Below, piece after piece: positions 20,625-30,727 of a DNA stretch of 64,000 bases (position 1 is its first letter; each line of letters starts with the position of its first letter). The position numbers and the translations under genes are program-made. Origin of the DNA: Polyangiales bacterium (GTDB lineage Bacteria > Myxococcota_A > Polyangia > Polyangiales > JADJQN01); assembly GCA_964202905.1 (NCBI GenBank), contig CAXNJO010000003.1, forward strand, positions 672,001 to 736,000. Reading direction: 5' to 3'. Under the pieces are notes generated by a model. It was not told the origin of the DNA. It was given only the letters and a program-made list of their open reading frames with translations, and ran no database searches.

Positions 20625-22111
20625 TCAGCGGCCGCCCGCGCCCGTCGTGCGGATCGCGCCGCACTGCGCGCTGCGCCCCTGCGACGCCACCGAGACGAGG
20701 CCGCCCGACGAGTCGTTCGGGATCTGCACCGTCGCCTGCGTCGCCGTGCTGCGGATCACCGGCGCGAACTGCCCGCCGATCTCCACGCGCACGTCCGAGC
20801 CGAAGCCGCTGCCCTGCACGATGAGTTGCGCGCCGCGCGGCATGGTCCCGCCGGACACGCTGCACTGCAGGGACGCCGCCGCGACACCCGTGTTCGCGAC
20901 GCCGGGACGAACGCCCGCCTGCACGCCCACCCCGACGCCTGGCCGCAACCCCGGCTGCATGACGCCCGCGTTCACCCCGCCCGGGCGCACGCCCGCGCCC
21001 GGCTGCGGAGCCACGGGTTGAAACACGCCGGGGTTCACGGTGCCGGGGCGCACGCCCGCGCCGACCTGCACGCCCGGCTGCGGAGCCACGGGTTGAAACA
21101 CGCCGGGGTTCACGGTGCCGGGGCGCACGCCCGCGCCGACCTGCACGCCCGGCTGCGGAGCCACGGGTTGAAACACGCCGGGGTTCACGGTGCCGGGGCG
21201 CACGCCCGCGCCGACCTGCACGCCCGGCTGCGGAGCCACGGGTTGAAACACGCCGGGGTTCACGGTGCCGGGGCGCACGCCGAGCCCGCCCTGCACGCCC
21301 ATGCCGACGCCGACACCGACACCGACCTGCACGCCAGGGCGCAGCGGGGGAGGCGGAGGCGGCGGGGCCGGAGGCTGCACCACGACGGTCGTCCCGGGCC
21401 GCGGCGGGGACGGCGGCTGGACCACCACCGTCGTCGTCCCGGGGCGCGGCGGCGGAGGCGGCTGCACGACCGCGACCGGAGGCGGCGGCGGAGGCGGCGC
21501 GGGCGGGCGCACGACCACCGTCGTCGTGCCGGGGCGCGGCGGGGCGGCGGCTGCACGACCGCGACCGGAGGCGGCGGAGGCGCGGGCGGGCGCACGAACA
21601 CCGTCGTCGTCCCCGGCTGCGGCGGCGCGTTCACCTGCACCGTGCCCTGCCCGGCAAAGCCCTGCGCGCGGCCGCCCTCGCCGACGATCACGCCCTGTCC
21701 CAGCCCGCCGGTGACGATCACGCCCTCGCCGCCCGTGTACACGGCGGGCGGCGGCGCGGAGGCCGGACGCCAGAAGCCCGCGTGATAGCGATAGCCGCCA
21801 TTCACGTTCACGACGACGGGCGCCGTCCAGGCGAAGCCCGCGCGCGGCATCTCCCAGTGCCCCGCGAGCCAGACCCAGCGCCCCTGCCACGCCCAGTGGC
21901 CATCGACCCAAAACGCGCTCGGCGCGGGCTGCACGGTGTGCACCTCGGCGACGGCTTGCGGCGGCGGCGGCGCGGCCGTCACGACGACGGGCTGCGGCTG
22001 CACGTACGCCTCCTCGTAGTACATGGTCCCGCGCCCGCGGCCACCGTAGACCACCGTGCAACCCGGAGCCGCGATCGACAGGAGCACCGCTGCGAACAGA
22101 GCCTTGCGCAT
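20625..22111 (-). CDS. Pro/Gly/Val-rich lipoprotein: YXWGXW repeats, long repeat stalk, C-terminal IPT/TIG-like domain (frameshift ~21543)
   Basis: Lipobox AAPGC; WVDGHW/WLAGHW; end LIVQGSGFG..VEIGG; one base missing at ~21543 relative to the adjacent repeat copy. Confidence 0.75.
20987..21282 (-). repeat. Coding tandem repeat, 75 bp x ~4 (VRPGTVNPGVFQPVAPQPGVQVGAG)
   Basis: ggctgcggagccacgggttgaaacacg at 21001, 21076, 21151, 21226. Confidence 0.95.
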
Positions 22112-22458
22112 CTTCCATTCCCCTTGCTGGTTCGGCCTTGGGCGCGCCGGCGAAACGCGGGCGCACTGCGATCGCGGCTGGTACGGGCCAGCGCGGGCCG
22201 ATATTCACACGCCAGACGGACGCGCGCATCCGGGGACGCGCATCACAGCGCATCCCGCGCACCCTGCGAGGCGCCCGTCTCCCCCGCCCTCCGCCTCCGC
22301 GTGAACACGCGCGGGCCCGCCTTGTCGTGGGCCCCGTGCACAATTCCACCCCGCGTCCGCCCGCGTCCACGACATCCGCGTGGCGTCGTGTCGCCGTCTC
22401 GCGCTACACGACGCGGATCGACGCGCAAGGGCGCGCTGCTACCCTCGCGCCCCGCGCC

Positions 22459-23385
22459 GTGGGCAACATCTTCCTCGTCCTGCTCTGCCTCGTCGTCGGC
22501 GCGCTCGCGCGGCGCAGCGGTCGCTTCCCCGACGCGACGCCCGCCGTGCTCGCCCGCGTCGTGGTCGATGTCGCGCTCCCCGCGATGACGCTCCTCTTCG
22601 TGCCGCGGATCACCGTCGACGGCGCGGCCGGCCTGCGCCTCATCGTGGCCGCCGCCGCGACGCCGTGGGTCGTCTTCGGGCTCGCGTACGGCGTGCTCTC
22701 GCTCGTCGGCCGCGCGCGCGGCTGGTCGCGCGGCACGCTCGGCGCGCTCGTGCTCACCGCAGGCCTCGGAAACACCGCGTTTCTGGGCTTCCCGCTGGTC
22801 GAGGCGCTCTACGGCGCAGAGGGCCTGCGCACCGCGGTGATCGTCGATCAGGCGGGCTCCTTCCTCGTCTTCGCGACGGTCGGTGTGGCCTTCGCAGCGG
22901 CCTCTGCCGGCCGCGCGCGCCCGACGCCGCTCGCCTTCGCGAAGCGCCTCGCGACCTTCCCGCCCTTCATCGCGTTCGTGCTCGCGTTGCTCCTCCGCGG
23001 CGTGACCTTCCCCGCGCCGATCATCGTCGTCCTCGAGAAGCTCGCCGCCCTCATCGTGCCGCTCGCCGTGCTCTCAGTGGGCTTCCAGCTCCGCTTCGAC
23101 CGTGCGGCCCTCGCCCGCGACGGATCGCGCGCCGCCGTCGCGCTCGCCGTGAAGCTCGGCCTCACGCCGCTCGTCGTGCTCGCCCTGCTCCGCACCGCCG
23201 GCATCGACGGCCTCCCCGCCGACGTCATCGTCGCCGAGGCCGCGATGGGCCCGATGATCACCGCCGCGATGCTGGCCGTCGAAGAAGACCTCGACCCGCC
23301 TCTCGCGACGCTCATGGTCGGCCTCGGCGTCCCCGCCTCGCTCCTCACCGTCGGCGCGTGGTCGCTGCTGCTGCGACTCCTCTGA
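22459..23385 (+). CDS. AEC (auxin efflux carrier) family transporter
   Basis: VALPA, GNTAFLGFP, FPPF, EAAMGPM; about 10 TMs. Confidence 0.88.
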   Translation: MGNIFLVLLCLVVGALARRSGRFPDATPAVLARVVVDVALPAMTLLFVPRITVDGAAGLRLIVAAAATPWVVFGLAYGVLSLVGRARGWSRGTLGALVLTAGLGNTAFLGFPLVEALYGAEGLRTAVIVDQAGSFLVFATVGVAFAAASAGRARPTPLAFAKRLATFPPFIAFVLALLLRGVTFPAPIIVVLEKLAALIVPLAVLSVGFQLRFDRAALARDGSRAAVALAVKLGLTPLVVLALLRTAGIDGLPADVIVAEAAMGPMITAAMLAVEEDLDPPLATLMVGLGVPASLLTVGAWSLLLRLL

Positions 23386-23460
23386 ACGATCCGCGCCGCA
23401 GAGATCCATCGTCTCGCGATGGCAGCATGCCTTTTCGGAATGCCACGCTGAATCCCTCGC

Positions 23461-24666
23461 TCAGCCGCGCAAGACCGCCTTCAGAAACCCATCCTCACCG
23501 GCAGGAAGCGCGCGTACGACCCCCTGCCAGAGTTGACCCACGGTGCGACCGCGCAGCGCCGCGACGGTGTCGGCGAGCTCGTGCGTGCGCGGATCGGCGC
23601 ACGAAAAGTAGCGGAGATCCCAGCCCGCGGCCGACGCCGCAAGCCACTGGAGCAGCGCCTTCAGACGCGGGTCGCCACCGAAGGCGCCGCAGCCCCAGTT
23701 GCCCGTCGCCAACGTCGCCGGCTCGCCACTCAGACCCGCGCGGACCTTGTTCAGCTCCCGCACGCACGACGCCTGCCCGAACTGCACGGGCGCCCCGCGA
23801 CGTCCAAAATGCAGCGCATCGATGGCCAGCACGCCGACATCAGGTGCATCGCCCGCCGGGTCGTGCGGCCCCGCGTAGCGCAGCGAGTACCCATATCCGC
23901 TCGACGCCGCGAGCCGCGCCGCGCCGCGCAGGAGGATGGCCTCGTGGTCGCGCATCCGGGGTGAGACCAGCAAGCCGAGGCACAGCTCGGGGCATACGGA
24001 GAAGCGGATCTCCTCCTGCACGCAGCCGCCGTGAAACACTCCGCCGCCGAGCAACGCATTCGCGAAATCCGCCTGGACGCAGCCGTTCGCGTCGTCGATC
24101 ACGCCGTCCTCGCGCACCTCGAAGGAGCGCAGTGGCGTCGTGTCCGCGGCCCACTCCGTAGCGCTCCGTGGCGCCGCGACACGCCGCTCGATCACCACCG
24201 TGCCCGTCCAATCGACGTCCGGGCGAAAAGCCTCGAGCAGACATTGCAGCTTCGCCTGCTCCTGCCGATCGGTGGATTCGAGCAGACGCGCTGCATCGAC
24301 GTGGGGCGCGTCCTCGTGCTCTTGCACGAGCGCCCCGAGCAGCATGCAAGCGAGCCAGCCCGCCGACTCGCGCCGCGGAATCTCGACCGTCGACGCGACC
24401 CCGGCCGCACACAGGCCCGGCGCCTCCGCACCGCTCTCGAGGACCTCCGCCGCGGAGGCGAGGAGCCCCGGCAGCAACTCACGCGCATACCGCTCCGCCC
24501 ACGCTCGCTCGCGCTTCAGCAACCGCGTCAGGCCGAGCGTGTCGTCGCTCGCCCCGCAGAGCACGCGCGCCTGCGACAGCGCCTTCACCGGGTCACCTGC
24601 ACGCAACCCGCGCAGAGCCGCTGCCATCCTCCGCCGTTCCGACGACGAGCTGCGAAAACGCGCCAT
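23461..24666 (-). CDS. Poly(ADP-ribose) glycohydrolase, canonical (eukaryote-type) catalytic domain
   Basis: DFAN..[52 protein letters not shown]; start 24666 or 24627. Confidence 0.9.
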   Translation of the reverse strand: [401 protein letters not shown]

Positions 24667-24759
24667 GTCTGGACCGTACATCAGGTCCGTGAATTCGCCG
24701 AAAACAGCCCCCCCACACGCGCCTTGCACCCCGCCCGCGCTCCGTGGTCGGATGCGCGC

Positions 24760-25260
24760 GTGACTGACACTGCTCTCGCGCCGCGCTCGCCGCGGCTCTC
24801 GCACACGGAGATGACCGAGCTGGTGCTGCCGCAGCACGCGAACGCGCTCGGGACGGTGTTCGGCGGCACGGTGATGGCGTGGATCGACATCTGCGCGGCG
24901 ATTGCGGCGCAGCGGCACACGGGGCGCATCGTGGTGACGGCCGCCGTCGACGATCTCGTATTTCGCGACGCGATTCGCGTGGGCGATGTGGTGTGTCTGA
25001 CGGGCCGCGTGAATGGCGCGTTCCGCACCTCGGTCGAGGTCGAGGTGCGCGTCGAGCGCGAGGACACGCGCACGCGCGTTCGCACCCCCTGTGTCGAGGC
25101 GCTGCTCACCTTCGTCGCGCTCGACGAGGCGCGCGTGCCGGCGCCCGTGCCGCCCGTCGCGCTCGACGACGACGAGGCCCGGCAGCGTCAGGCCGAGGCG
25201 ACGGAGCGACGCGCGGCGCGGCTCGCCCGCAGCCGCCGCGACAAGGACGAGGCGCGGTGA
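24760..25260 (+). CDS. Acyl-CoA thioesterase (hotdog fold)
   Basis: VLPQHANALGTVFGGTVMAWID, TSVEVEV, TFVALD. Confidence 0.9.
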   Translation: MTDTALAPRSPRLSHTEMTELVLPQHANALGTVFGGTVMAWIDICAAIAAQRHTGRIVVTAAVDDLVFRDAIRVGDVVCLTGRVNGAFRTSVEVEVRVEREDTRTRVRTPCVEALLTFVALDEARVPAPVPPVALDDDEARQRQAEATERRAARLARSRRDKDEAR

Positions 25261-25323
25261 TGCACGGCGGCCGGATCGTGGCCCGGGCCCGAGTGGCCGA
25301 GCGCGCGATCAGCGTATAAAGCA

Positions 25324-25396
25324 AATCCCACGCTCCGTGGGGAGCGTGGGATTCGTGCCGGCGTGAAACGCAGTCTGGACGCCGCGTGAAACGCGG
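25324..25396. terminator. Perfect 13-bp hairpin plus two small GCGT-GAA-ACGC hairpins between convergent genes (terminator or REP-like)
   Basis: aatcccacgctcc-gtgg-ggagcgtgggatt (25324-25353); gcgtgaaacgc at 25361 and 25384. Confidence 0.55.
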
Positions 25397-25422
25397 TATT
25401 CGCCGCGCTGTGGAAGACCGAC

Positions 25423-26753
25423 TCAGCGCCGCGGACGCGCAGGCGGGGTCGCGGGGCCGAGCTCGCGCAGGGCGGCCTCGACGCGGGCGCGGTCGGAGTT
25501 GTCGCCGCGGGCGCGCAGCGATCGCTCGTAATAGGTGCGTGCGGCGGCGCGGTCGGCGCGGGCACGCATCACGTCGCCGTAGAGCGCGAGGCCCTCGGGC
25601 AGCTCCGGGTGCGCCTCGAGCAGGCGGTCGAGGAAGCCGGCCGCGAGCACGTCGCGGTTCGCGGTGAGCGCGAGGCGCGCGGCGAGCACCAGCGCGCTCG
25701 GGTTGCGCGGGTCGAGGTCGGCCGCGTGCCGGTACTGCTCGAACGCGCCCTCGTAGTCCTGCCGCTGCGCGAGCACCTCGGCGAGCGCGCGCGCGCCGTC
25801 CGGCGAGTTCGGCACGAGCTCGAGCGCCTCGCGGAGCTCGCCCTCGGCGCCCTCGAGGTCGCCGCGCGCGGCCTTCGCGCGGCCGAGCCCGGTGTGCGCC
25901 GCGCCGAGCCGCGCATTGAGCCGCAGCGCCTGCGCGAACGCCGCCTCCGCGGACGGCGCGTCGCCGCTCGCGAGGAAGGACTCACCGAGCGCGACCTGCG
26001 CCTCGGCCCAGGCCGGGCCGGCCCAGCCGCCGCACGCTGGAGGAGCTGGTGTGCCTCGTCCGTGCCGCCGAGCAGGCGCCCGAGCTCGTACTGGGCCTCC
26101 GGATCGGTGGCGTCCGCCTGCGCAGCCCGGCGGAGCGAGGCCTCCGCGTCGCTGCGCCGCCCCGCCGCCGCATAGAGCCGACCGAGCCCGAGCATCGCCT
26201 CGGCGCGCGCAGGGTCCGCCGCGAGCGCGCGCTGAAACGCGGCCTCCGACTCGGCGACGGCGGCGCGGAGTCGGTGCGCCTCGCCGAGCGCGATCAACAG
26301 ATCGGGCTGGTTCGGCGCGGCCGCGAGCCCCGCCTCGAGCTCCTCGAAGGCGCGCGAGCTGCGGTTCCACACGAGGAAGGCGCGCGCGTTGCAAAGCCGG
26401 CCCCACGTGCCCGGTACGGCGCCCCGCGCCCCCGCGAGCGGCCTGCACGCAGCCTGCGCGCGGCGGTAGTCGCCCTGCGCGAAGGCCACGGTCGCGACGG
26501 CATAGAGCGCCTCGGGCGCATTGCGCGCGAGCCGCGCGGCGCGGCGCAGCTCGGCCTCGGCCTCGCGGAAGCGCCCCGCGCGGAGCAGCCCGCGACCGAG
26601 CGCGCCCGCCGCGGCGGCGTCGTTGCGCGCGGCCTTCGTCGCGGCGCGCAGGCCCTCGACCGCGGGCTCCTGCGCGCGCGTGGTCGCGGGCAAGGCGAGC
26701 GGGGCGAGCACGGCGAGGCAGACGAAGAGCGAGGCGATGACGCGGACGGACAT
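25423..26753 (-). CDS. Secreted tetratricopeptide repeat protein (frameshift ~26020)
   Basis: Signal peptide MSVRVIASL...ARAQ; TPR pattern continues from one ORF frame into another. Confidence 0.75.
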
Positions 26754-26888
26754 GGAAAGCTCCTTGATAGGTCGGCCAAGCGATACCACGCGCGGCACGG
26801 GGACGCCTCAGACGAGCACTTCCGGGTGCACGCGCGGCCCGTCCGCGCGGTTGCCGCGCCGGGGATGCTCGGATACGTTGCGCGCCCG

Positions 26889-27752
26889 ATGCGCCCCGCC
26901 CCCGTCGCCGCCACGCCTGCGCGCGCGCTCCGCCCCGCCGGGCTGCGCATCGCCCCGGGCCTCGTCGCGGCCTTCGCGATCGCGCTCGCGGCCTGCGGCG
27001 GCGCGCGGACGGGGCGCAACCTGAGTTACGGCGACAGCGCGCGCGAGCTCTACGAGCTCGGCCTCGCGGACTACACCGACGAGAACTGCCAGGAAGCCGA
27101 GCCCATCCTGCGGCGCGTGCGGCGCGAGTACTCGTACAGCCGCTTCGCCGCGCTCGCCGAGCTGCGCCTCGCCGACTGCCTCATGCAGCAGGACAAGTAC
27201 GTCGAGGCCATCGCCGCGTACCGCGCCTTCGTCCGCTATCGCCCCGCGCACCCCGAGGTCGCGTACGCGCGCTTCCGCACGGCCGAGGCGTACTTCGAGC
27301 AGATGCCGAGCGACTTCATCCTCTCGCCGCCGGCCGAGGAGCGCGACCAGTCGCCGACCCGTGACGCGCTCCGGCAGCTGCGCCGCTTCGTCCTCGATTT
27401 CCCGGAGGATTCCCGCGTCCCGCGCGCCACCGAGATGGCGACCGAGGCGCTCACGCTCCTCGCGAAGCACGAGCTCTACGTCGCCGACTACTACCTCGAT
27501 CGCGACCAGCCGCGCGCGGCGATCGGCCGCCTCGAGACGCTGCTGCGCGCCTACCGCGGCAGCCGCATCGAGCCCGAGGCGCTGCTCCTGCTCGGGCGCA
27601 CCTACCTTCAGATGCGCGACGCGACCGAGGCGCGCGCCGCCTTCGACGAGCTGATCCGGCGCTTCCCCCGGTCCGGCTACGCGGCGCAGGCGCGCGGCTT
27701 CCTCGAAGAGGCCGTCCCCGCGGCGGCCCCGCCCCCCGCGACGGGCGGGTGA
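26889..27752 (+). CDS. bamD: Outer membrane protein assembly factor BamD
   Basis: Lipobox LAACG; YSRFAALAELRLAD, RPAHP, ERDQ, LAKHELYVADYY. Confidence 0.85.
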   Translation: MRPAPVAATPARALRPAGLRIAPGLVAAFAIALAACGGARTGRNLSYGDSARELYELGLADYTDENCQEAEPILRRVRREYSYSRFAALAELRLADCLMQQDKYVEAIAAYRAFVRYRPAHPEVAYARFRTAEAYFEQMPSDFILSPPAEERDQSPTRDALRQLRRFVLDFPEDSRVPRATEMATEALTLLAKHELYVADYYLDRDQPRAAIGRLETLLRAYRGSRIEPEALLLLGRTYLQMRDATEARAAFDELIRRFPRSGYAAQARGFLEEAVPAAAPPPATGG

Positions 27753-27836
27753 ATCGCGGTTCAGCGCCGGCGCTCCGGGCACGCTGTGCGGCCTTCATTG
27801 CTCCCGCGGGCAACTGCGAGCTAGGCTGCGACGCCC

Positions 27837-28640
27837 ATGGACGATAGGACACGTCAGCTCCTCGCGCTCGGGCGTGAGCACTACGAGAAGCGGGAGTTCG
27901 AGCGCGCCGAGCACTACCTCTCGCAGGTACGCGAGCGCGCCGGCGAGTTCGCCGACGTGCACAACATGCTCGGCGTGATTCACCACGATCGCGCGCGCTT
28001 CGAGGACGCGCAGGCCTCCTTCGAGGAGGCGCTGCGCATCAACCCCAATTACACCGAGGCCGCGCTCAGCCTCGCGGTCACCTACAACGACCTCGGCCGC
28101 TACGACGAGGCCAAGCGCATCTACCGCGCGGCCCTCGAGCGCGGCGAGGCGTCTCCTGGCCACGTCGACCCCTTCGTGAAGGGCAAGATCGCGAACCTGC
28201 ACGGCGAGGTCGCGCGCGCGTACGTCGAGGCGGGGCTCTTCCCGGAGGCGATGCACGAATACCGCAAGGCGCTGCTCCTCTGCCCGGAGTTCGCGGATCT
28301 GCGCGTGCGCCTCGCGAGCCTCTATCGGCAGCAGGGCGACACCGACGCGGCGCGCTTCGAGCTCGAGGAGGCCGTGCGCGTGCGGCCGCAGTACGTCCCG
28401 GCGCGCATCGCGCTCGGCGTGGTGCTGCTCTCTCTCGGCGACGAACAGAGCGCGCTCGCGCAGTGGGACGCGGCCGTCGGCGTCGACCCCGAGAACAAGA
28501 CCGCGCACATGTACCTGCGCATGACGCGCAACAGCCCCGCGCCGGTCGCGGGCGGCTCGGTGCTGCCCGCCGCGCCGGTCGACGAGTCCCTCTCGCTCGA
28601 CGACGAACCGGCGCCGCCCCGCGATCCGGCCGCGCGCTGA
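27837..28640 (+). CDS. Tetratricopeptide repeat protein
   Basis: [28 protein letters not shown]. Confidence 0.85.
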   Translation: MDDRTRQLLALGREHYEKREFERAEHYLSQVRERAGEFADVHNMLGVIHHDRARFEDAQASFEEALRINPNYTEAALSLAVTYNDLGRYDEAKRIYRAALERGEASPGHVDPFVKGKIANLHGEVARAYVEAGLFPEAMHEYRKALLLCPEFADLRVRLASLYRQQGDTDAARFELEEAVRVRPQYVPARIALGVVLLSLGDEQSALAQWDAAVGVDPENKTAHMYLRMTRNSPAPVAGGSVLPAAPVDESLSLDDEPAPPRDPAAR

Positions 28641-28654
28641 AGCCCCGCCACCGC

Positions 28655-29869
28655 ATGGACACGAGCGCGCGCGAGCCCTTCAACCTGCGATTCGACGAGG
28701 CCCTCTTCGCGACGCTCGCCGCGCGGCTCGGGGCCCGCGTCGGCTCGGTGCCGTTCCGCCTCGCGGAGACGCCGCTCTTTCTCGACGCACCGATCCGCGC
28801 CGCGCTCTGCGAGGCCGCCGACTCGCTCACGACGCAGCTGCTCGTCCCCGCGACGCACACGGCGCTGTGCGGCAGCGTGCCCGCGCGCTACGACGTCCCC
28901 GCGACGACGCCGCTCCCCGACTGCGTGCAGGTCGACTTTGCCCTCGCAGAAGATGGCCATGGCGGCATCGTCCCGCGCCTCGTCGAATTGCAGGCGTTTC
29001 CCTCGCTCTACGCGTTCGAGTCGGTGCTCGCGGAGGTGTGGGCCGAGCTGATCTCCGAGGCGCCTGGGCTCGCAGGGCCATGGACGTGCTTCTTCGAGGG
29101 CGACGGGGCGCGCGCGCTCGACCGCGTGCGCCGCGCGATCCTCGGCGGCGAAGACCCGGAGCACGTGGTCCTCGTCGATTACGCGCCCATGCAGCAGAAG
29201 ACGCTGCCCGACTTCGTCGCGACGCGCGCGCTCTTCGGCATCGACGCGGTGTGCGTGACGGCGCTCGAGGTCGAGGGGCGGCGCCTCTTCCGGCAGAAGG
29301 ACGGCCGCCGCGTGCCGGTGCGCCGCATCTACAACCGCATGGTCTTCGACGAGCTCGAGGCCAAGCGCGTGCAGGTGCCCTTCGACTGGCGCGAGCCGCT
29401 CGACGTCTCGTGGTGCTCGCACCCGAACTGGTATTGGATCTGGTCCAAATACGCGCTTCCGTTCCTCGATCACCCGACGGTGCCGCGCGCGCGGCTGCTC
29501 TCGGACGTCGACACGCGCGGCCTCGATCTCGCGCGCTACGTGCTCAAACCGCTCTACTCGTTCGCGGGCACGGGCGTCGTCGTCGACGTGACGCCCGAGG
29601 CGATCGCCGCCGTGCCCGAGCCCGAGCGCGGCGGCTGGCTCCTGCAGGAGAAGATCACGTACGCCGAGGCGATCCGCGCGCCCGCGTCGGAGGGCGGCTT
29701 CGGCGTGAAGGCCGAGGTGCGCGTGATGATGATCCGCGACCCCGGCGAAGACCGCCTGCGCACCGTGCTGCCGCTCGTGCGCCTCTCGCGCGGCAAGCTG
29801 CTCGGCGTCGACCACAACCGCGATCTGCGCTGGGTCGGCGCGAGCGTCGGACTCTGGCGCGACGGCTGA
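28655..29869 (+). CDS. Putative circularly permuted ATP-grasp / glutathionylspermidine-synthase-like ligase
   Basis: QVDFAL, PRLVELQAFPS, RRIYNR, YVLKPLYSFAGTGV, LLQEKI. Confidence 0.7.
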   Translation: MDTSAREPFNLRFDEALFATLAARLGARVGSVPFRLAETPLFLDAPIRAALCEAADSLTTQLLVPATHTALCGSVPARYDVPATTPLPDCVQVDFALAEDGHGGIVPRLVELQAFPSLYAFESVLAEVWAELISEAPGLAGPWTCFFEGDGARALDRVRRAILGGEDPEHVVLVDYAPMQQKTLPDFVATRALFGIDAVCVTALEVEGRRLFRQKDGRRVPVRRIYNRMVFDELEAKRVQVPFDWREPLDVSWCSHPNWYWIWSKYALPFLDHPTVPRARLLSDVDTRGLDLARYVLKPLYSFAGTGVVVDVTPEAIAAVPEPERGGWLLQEKITYAEAIRAPASEGGFGVKAEVRVMMIRDPGEDRLRTVLPLVRLSRGKLLGVDHNRDLRWVGASVGLWRDG

Positions 29870-29965
29870 TCCCCCGAGCGCGCGGGCCCGCAGTCCGCGC
29901 CGTTTTCCCTGCGATCGCGGGCCTCCGGCCCGCCGCACCCACCCCCGAACGGAGCCCACCCCCGA

Positions 29966-30727
29966 ATGCAGTACGTCGATCCCAGCCTGCCGCGCGAGAT
30001 GTTCGGCTGGCACAGCCCCCACCTCAACACGTACATGCCGATCGTCCGCTACGGCACCTTCGGCAAGCCGCTCCTGCTCTACCCGACCGCGCAGAGCGAT
30101 CTCCTCGACGCGGAGCGCTTCTTCCTCATCAAGTCGATCGAGCCGCTCATCCTCGCCGGCCGCGTCACCGTCTTCTCGATCGAGTCGATCAACGCGCGCG
30201 CGTGGATGAACAAGAACGTGTCGGTGCCCATGAAGGCGCACCTGCAAACGCTCTACAGCGGTTACGTCGAGGACGAGGTCGTGCCGCACATCCGCCGCGC
30301 GGTGCGCGACGAGCACGCGCGCATCGCCGTGACGGGCGCGAGTTTCGGGGCGTTCCACGCGGCGAATCAGTTCTTCCGCCGGCCGGATCTCTTCGACACG
30401 CTCGTCGCGATGAGCGGTTTCTACGACCTCGAGGGCAGTTATCTCGATGGTCACTCCAATGAAGACATCTACTTCAACAACCCGATGTGGTTCTTGCGCG
30501 ACTACCACGGTCGCTCCCTCGATCTGGTGAAGAACCACGCCCAGGTCCACCTGCTCTGCGGGACCGGGCCGTGGGAGCTGCCGGCCGCGACGAAGCGCTT
30601 CTCGCAGCTGCTCTGGGACAAGGGCATCTGGCACAACGCGGATTTCTGGGGCCCCGACATGGGCCATGACTGGCCCACCTGGCGCGCGATGCTCCCGCAC
30701 TACCTCGAGCAGCGGGTCGGCTGGTGA
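29966..30727 (+). CDS. Alpha/beta hydrolase (esterase family)
   Basis: GASFG nucleophile elbow, MSGFYD, GHDWPTW. Confidence 0.85.
   Translation: MQYVDPSLPREMFGWHSPHLNTYMPIVRYGTFGKPLLLYPTAQSDLLDAERFFLIKSIEPLILAGRVTVFSIESINARAWMNKNVSVPMKAHLQTLYSGYVEDEVVPHIRRAVRDEHARIAVTGASFGAFHAANQFFRRPDLFDTLVAMSGFYDLEGSYLDGHSNEDIYFNNPMWFLRDYHGRSLDLVKNHAQVHLLCGTGPWELPAATKRFSQLLWDKGIWHNADFWGPDMGHDWPTWRAMLPHYLEQRVGW

Noticed and set aside
15741..21282. 27-bp and 75-bp repeats as CRISPR or mobile-element repeats
   Set aside because: Lengths are multiples of 3, in frame within proteins, with no spacers
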